From Macrostomum lignano (lineage: Eukaryota): a DNA stretch of 64,000 nt. The stretch spans positions 1-64,000 of the forward strand of contig NIVC01001354.1 in NCBI GenBank assembly GCA_002269645.1, written 5' to 3'. A model generated the notes under the pieces. The model saw nothing but the letters and a program-made list of their open reading frames with translations, searched no databases and was not told the origin of the DNA. This document shows, one piece after another, positions 57,701 through 64,000 of the stretch. Position 1 is the stretch's first letter. Each line of letters opens with the position of its first letter. Made by a program: the position numbers and the translations under genes.

Positions 57701-59448
57701 CCCACTACCTTCTGGTCCTTCAGCGCCCCCACTACCTTCTGGTCCTTCAGCGCCCCCCACTACCTTCTGTTCCTTCAGCGCCCCCACTACCTTCTTGTCC
57801 TTCAGCGCCCCCCCACTACCTTTTGGTCCTTCAGCGCCCCCCCCACTACCTTCTGGTCCTTCAGCGCCCCCCACTACCTTCTGGCCTTCAGCGCCCCCAC
57901 TACCTTCTGGTCCTTCAGCGCCCCCACAACCTTCTCGTCCTTCAGCGCCCCCCCACTACCTTCTGGTCCTTCAGCGCCCCCACTATCTTCTGGTCCTTCA
58001 GCGTCCCCCCACTACCTTCTGGTCCTTCAGCGCCCCCCACTACCTTCTGGTCCTTCAGCGCCCCCCCCACTACCTTCTGGTCCTTCAGCGCCCCCCACTA
58101 CCTTCTGGTCCTTCAGCGCCCCCCCAACTACCTTCTGGTCCTTCAGCGCCCCCACTACCTTCTGGTCCTTCAGCGCCCCCACTACCTTCTGGTCCTTCAG
58201 CGCCCCCACAACCTTCTGGTCCTTCAGCGCCCCCCACTACCTTCTGGTCATTCAGCGCCCCCACTACCTTCTGGTCCTTCAGCGCCCCCCCCCACTACCT
58301 TCTGATCCTTCAGCGCCCCCACTACCTTCTCGTCCTTCAGCGCCCCCACTACCTTCTGGTCCTTCAGCGCCCCCCCACTACCTTCTGGTCCTTCAGCGCC
58401 CCCCAACTACCTTCTGGTCCTTCAGCGCCCCCACTACCTTCTGGTCCTTCAGCGCCCCCACTACCTTCTGGTCCTTCAGCGCCCCCACAACCTTCTGGTC
58501 TTTCAGCGCCCCCCACTACCTTCTGGTCCTTCAGCGCCCCCACTACTTTCTGGTCCTTCAGCGCCCCCACTACCTGGTCCTTCAGCGCCCCTCCCCCTAC
58601 CTTCTGGTCCTTCAGCGCCCCCACTAACTTTAGAACTTCAGCGCTCGCGCTATCCTCCAGACTTTCAGCGCTCTACCTTCCAGCTACTTACCGCCTTTGA
58701 TCATCTTGGACCTGGTGGTCGTATCGCTGCCTTTCTTGTCCCCGTCAAAAAGCTTGACAGGATCCCACAGGCCGCCGTCGCCAATGAAGGCCCTGTTGAG
58801 CTCCCGAGGCCACAGCTTGGACAGATTCGCCACCTGCAGCTTCATCAGTTGCTCGCGAGAGTATTGCCTTCGCTTTTGCGGCTGCTGAACTTGCTTCTGC
58901 TGCTGCTGCGTTTGCTTCTGCTGTGGCTGTTGCTTTTGCTGCTGCTGTTGCAGCTGCTTGGGCTGCTGCTGTGATTGCTGCTTCTGCTGAGGCTTCTGTT
59001 GCTGCTGGTGTTTGTTCGTTGGCTTATTAGTTTGTTGCTGTTGCTGCGATTGCTTAGGCGGCTGTTGCTGCTGAGGCTGCTTTGGCTGCTGCGCCTGTTG
59101 CTGCTGTGTCTGCTTCTGCACAGGCTGCTGCTTTGGCTGCTGCTGCGGAACCGGCTGCTGTTGCTGCTGCAGCTGTCCAGCTGGTCCGCCAGCGGCCGCA
59201 GAGCCGGCAGTGGCTTCCATCCTCCGTTTGTGGCCGGCGCGGGTGCCCCTGCGCACCTTGCTGCTGGCCGCGCCAGCCCCGGCGGCGATGTTGTTGTTGT
59301 TGCTCCCGCCGCCGTTCCCGGCGCCGCCTGCAGTGGCCACGCCGGCGGCAGCCGCCGCTGGCTGTTCAACGGCCTGCGCGACCGGCTTGCCAGCCGCATT
59401 GGCGCCGCTGCTCTCCTTCTGGACTTGCTGCTGCCCTGCCCGGTTCAT
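51703..59448 (-). CDS. EIF4ENIF1: eIF4E transporter 4E-T/Cup-like, ~1,106 aa; exons 59448-58692, 55884-54008, 52847-52661, 52202-51703
   Basis: YSREQLM (YxxxxL-phi) followed by SKLWP..DGGLWDP, Cup-homology motif [14 protein letters not shown], and [16 protein letters not shown] motif, all matching conserved 4E-T blocks in order. Donors GTAAGT and GTGAAT. The exon 3 donor and last-exon frame are less certain. Confidence 0.88.
52262..52590. repeat. GACGGGAGTGACAGGAGGGAGT-type minisatellite in 4E-T intron 3
   Basis: Tandem 9/13/22-bp subunits. Confidence 0.9.
53300..53998. repeat. 35-bp minisatellite GATAGTGGCGGCACACATCAAAGGATTGGAATGCT in 4E-T intron 2
   Basis: About 20 copies, starting about 10 bp from the donor. 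Confidence 0.93.
55960..58680. repeat. ~27-bp minisatellite CCTTCAGCGCCCCCACTACCTTCTGGT with variable C-run, filling 4E-T intron 1
   Basis: About 95 copies; produces the [18 protein letters not shown] ORFs. Confidence 0.95.
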
Positions 59449-60902
59449 TCTGCGAAGAAGGTGGTGAGACTTCATTAGCTTGATTAGCAAACACCACTAA
59501 ATGCAAGCTAAACTATGAACACACATGCGCAACAACCGACTGGCTGGCGAGGGGCCCAGCCAAGGTAAGTCGCAAAAATGCCCACAAGAAAAATATTAAC
59601 GCAGTACTAATTAGATGACGAGGCATTTATCCCTAATAAGACACTCGAGTTACTCCTGCCATTTACCCAAAAGCATTAATTCTTGCTTTAGGGTTTTTTT
59701 CGCAGGTAAGTCGCATTTTTGGTCAAAAAGTAAGTCACATGGCCAGTGTAAATCAGAGGTTGCGCATGTATGACTTGTATAAAACCACAGGTGCATTAAT
59801 TCCTTCATCAATTTTTGATCTGTCTCCTTCACTGTACTGATATAAAGCAGTTAATTTTTGAATTTTGTAACACTGATAGAAAAATTAGTCTATAAAAATG
59901 CCTAACAGTCTCAAGGGTTAAAAACTTTTGCCATTTACCCCATTGGCCTTTTTCTGCAATGCTTGATAGCCTGCAATAGTTATATCATTCCAGGTAACAA
60001 GAATATTATAGATTTTAAAAATCAATTTATTAATATATAATTTATGACATTATTTTTTAATTTTTAAAGATAAAATTTTGTGGCTACTAAATCAGTTTTC
60101 AATGATGTTATGTGACTTTCTAAGCTTGAGAGTTTTTTTGAGATTTTGACTTTTCAAGCTTGTGATAATGGATAACTTTTCAACAATGTGACTTTTTGAG
60201 CTTGTGATGTGACTCCCTTTTTGTTTGCTAATAGATGAATTATATGAGTTTTTGAATTAAGTTTGAATTGCATTTGCATTTTGAGTTAGTAGCTATCTAA
60301 GAGAAGATACAAAAAGTGCAATAATCCTTTTCTTATTTAGTGCAATAATCCTTTTATTTAGACCCTAATAAATCCTTGAATAAAAGCTTTAATAAAATAT
60401 TTTATTATTTACTAAGACTTGAACCCAGATCATTGCATTAGTAGGCTTTAGTTTAGTTTGTTTGCATCTAAGCTTGCTTTAATCAATTTTATTAAAAATT
60501 AATTGTACAATATACCACTTATAATTCAACCTTCATACTAAATCAGTTAAAGTAAAAGGCAATTAGTATCAATCCAAATTAAAATCAATAATAGAATTAT
60601 GCAATCTAAATTAGGTCTCTTGCTATGCTTCCACACTGTATTTTTAACATTAATTTAATTCATGTTAGACTAGAGTTATAATTTATTTGATGATACAATC
60701 TTTATTAGAATCAGAATTTAGTCAAGCAATTTTTTCTCTCTAGCATTCTTTTACTGCATTTCATATTGAAAAGTCTACTTGACCTTTGCAGCTAATGTAT
60801 TGATTTCCCGACAGACATTCAGACAGACATTCAGAAATTGTTCATTAAATGTTTAACAAAATTGTCTATTTATTACACAAGATACTGTGAATTTATAGAA
60901 AC

Positions 60903-63900
60903 TTTTACGCATGTCTCTGCTTTAAAAAGACACCTCAGACACACACAAAGACGCTTCACAAGCTGAGATATTCCCTAGCAACTGTTGTTACGACGTTTCC
61001 CAATATACCAAATACTGTATATAGTAGTTTTTTGAGAAGCCGCTACATCGTCCCACTTTGGTCTTTCTGCATGAAATTTGCACAGCTGTTTTACGCATGT
61101 CTCTGCTTTAAAAAGACACCTCAGACACACACAAAGACGCTTCACAAGCTGAGATATTCCCTAGCAACTGTTGTTACGACGTTTCCCAATATACCGAATA
61201 CTGTATATAGTAGTTTTTTGAGAAGCCGCTACATCGTCCCACTTTGATTTTTCTGCATAAAATTTGCACAGCTGTTTTACGCATGTCTCTGCTTTAAAAA
61301 GACACCTCAGACACACACAAAGACGCTTCACAAGCTGAGATATTCCCTAGCAACTGTTGTTACGACGTTTCCCAATATACCGAATACTGTATATAGTAGT
61401 TTTTTGAGAAGCCGCTACATCGTCCCACTTTGGTCTTTCTGCATGAAATTTGCACAGCTGTTTTACGCATGTCTCTGCTTTAAAAAGACACCTCAGACAC
61501 ACACAAAGACGCTTCACAAGCTGAGATATTCCCTAGCAACTGTTGTTACGACGTTTCCCAATATACCGAATACTGTATATAGTAGTTTTTTGAGAAGCCG
61601 CTACATTGTCCCACTTTGGTCTTTCTGCATGAAATTTGCACAGCTGTTTTACGCATGTCTCTGCTTTAAAAAGACACCTCAGACACACACAAAGACGCTT
61701 CACAAGCTGAGATATTCCCTAGCAACTGTTGTTACGACGTTTCCCAATATACCGAATACTGTATATAGTAGTTTTTTGAGAAGCCGCTACATCGTCCCAC
61801 TTTGATCTTTCTGCATGAAATTTGCACAGCTGTTTTACGCATGTCTCTGCTTTAAAAAGACACATCAGACACACACAAAGACGCTTCACAAGCTGAGATA
61901 TTCCCTAGCAACTGTTGTTACGACGTTTCCCAATATACCAAATACTGTATATAGTAGTTTTTTGAGAAGCCGCTACATTGTCCCACTTTGGTCTTTCTGC
62001 ATGAAATTTGCACAGCTGTTTTACGCATGTCTCTGCTTTAAAAAGACACCTCAGACACACACAAAGACGCTTCACAAGCTGAGATATTCCCTAGCAACTG
62101 TTGTTACGACGTTTCCCAATATACCGAATACTGTATATAGTAGTTTTTTGAGAAGCCGCTACATCGTCCCACTTTGATCTTTCTGCATGAAATTTGCACA
62201 GCTGTTTTACGCATGTCTCTGCTTTAAAAAGACACCTCAGACACACACAAAGACGCTTCACAAGCTGAGATATTCCCTAGCAACTGTTGTTACGACGTTT
62301 CCCAATATACCGAATACTGTATATAGTAGTTTTTTGAGAAGCCACTACATCGTCCCACTTTGATCTTTCTGCATGAAATTTGCACAGCTGTTTTACGCAT
62401 GTCTCTGCTTTAAAAAGACACCTCAGACACACACAAAGACGCTTCACAAGCTGAGATATTCCCTAGCAACTGTTGTTACGACGTTTCCCAATATACCGAA
62501 TACTGTATATAGTAGTTTTTTGAGAAGCCGCTACATCGTCCCACTTTGATCTTTCTGCATGAAATTTGCACAGCTGTTTTACGCATGTCTCTGCTTTAAA
62601 AAGACACCTCAGACACACACAAAGACGCTTCACAAGCTGAGATATTCCCTAGCAACTGTTGTTACGACGTTTCCCAATATACCGAATACTGTATATAGTA
62701 GTTTTTTGAGAAGCTGCTACATCGTCCCACTTTGGTCTTTCTGCATGAAATTTGCACAGCTGTTTTACGCATGTCTCTGCTTTAAAAAGACACCTCAGAC
62801 ACACACAAAGACGCTTCACAAGCTGAGATATTCCCTAGCAACTGTTGTTACGACGTTTCCCAATATACCGAATACTGTATATAGTAGTTTTTTGAGAAGC
62901 TGCTACATCGTCCCACTTTGGTCTTTCTGCATGAAATTTGCACAGCTGTTTTACGCATGTCTCTGCTTTAAAAAGACACCTCAGACACACACAAAGACGC
63001 TTCACAAGCTGAGATATTCCCTAGCAACTGTTGTTACGATGTTTCCCAATATACCGAATACTGTATATAGTAGTTTTTTGAGAAGCTGCTACATCGTCCC
63101 ACTTTGATCTTTCTGCATGAAATTTGCACAGCTGTTTTACGCATGTCTCTGCTTTAAAAAGACACCTCAGACACACACAAAGACGCTTCACAAGCTGAGA
63201 TATTCCCTAGCAACTGTTGTTACGACGTTTCCCAATATACCGAATACTGTATATAGTAGTTTTTTGAGAAGCTGCTACATCGTCCCACTTTGGTCTTTCT
63301 GCATGAAATTTGCACAGCTGTTTTACGCATGTCTCTGCTTTAAAAAGACACCTCAGACACACACAAAGACGCTTCACAAGCTGAGATATTCCCTAGCAAC
63401 TGTTGTTACGACGTTTCCCAATATACCGAATACTGTATATAGTAGTTTTTTGAGAAGCCGCTACATCGTCCCACTTTGATCTTTCTGCATGAAATTTGCA
63501 CAGCTGTTTTACGCATGTCTCTGCTTTAAAAAGACACCTCAGACACACACAAAGACGCTTCACAAGCTGAGATATTCCCTAGCAACTGTTGTTACGACGT
63601 TTCCCAATATACCGAATACTGTATATAGTAGTTTTTTGAGAAGCTGCTACATCGTCCCACTTTGGTCTTTCTGCATGAAATTTGCACAGCTGTTTTACGC
63701 ATGTCTCTGCTTTAAAAAGACACCTCAGACACACACAAAGACGCTTCACAAGCTGAGATATTCCCTAGCAACTGTTGTTACGACGTTTCCCAATATACCG
63801 AATACTGTATATAGTAGTTTTTTGAGAAGCTGCTACATCGTCCCACTTTGGTCTTTCTGCATGAAATTTGCACAGCTGTTTTACGCATGTCTCTGCTTTA

Positions 63901-64000
63901 AAAAGACACCTCAGACACACACAAAGACGCTTCACAAGCTGAGATATTCCCTAGCAACTGTTGTTACGACGTTTCCCAATATACCAAATACTGTATATAG
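60903..64000. repeat. 186-bp satellite array, at least 16.6 copies, continuing past the window end
   Basis: Period 186 (ORF starts 61032 and 61404 are two units apart; 62559 and 63117 are three apart). Units differ by only a few substitutions. It is preceded by ~1 kb of very AT-rich sequence. Confidence 0.97.

Noticed and set aside
60903-64000. 186-bp unit as a tandem small-RNA gene (5S, SL, snRNA) or a 62-aa polyprotein
   Set aside because: I found no recognisable A/B/C boxes, Sm site or leader sequence. The frame is broken by TGA in about 7 of 16 units, with no bias preserving it.

Overview
Eukaryotic (animal) genomic DNA with GC-rich exons and introns largely filled by private minisatellites. 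This style suggests a flatworm such as Macrostomum (inference only). Positions 1-37,693 form a large inverted duplication: left arm 1 to ~16,500, right arm 21,223-37,693. Each arm carries a ~2,420-aa adhesion GPCR (Thr-rich mucin stalk, about six LamG/pentraxin-like repeats, GAIN/GPS, 7TM) and exon 1 of a GT32 DxD glycosyltransferase. The unique spacer holds only the 3' half (GuK + ZU5) of a ZO-1-like gene and ends in a 236-N gap, so a mis-join of two haplotypes or homeologues is a serious alternative to a real palindrome. The arms have two divergence strata (inner part essentially substitution-free, outer ~5 kb about 3% diverged), and a solo LTR sits in the right arm only. Beyond the duplication lie the remaining GT32 exons, tRNA-Pro(AGG), an intronless thioredoxin, a 5-exon CRAL-TRIO/Sec14-like gene, a 4E-T (EIF4ENIF1) orthologue and a 186-bp satellite running off the right end. 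Most long ORFs in the supplied track are translations of repeats. There is no CRISPR array or prokaryotic system. Exon models were built by hand from GT/AG sites and frame continuity, and domain calls come from recognising motifs, not from database searches.
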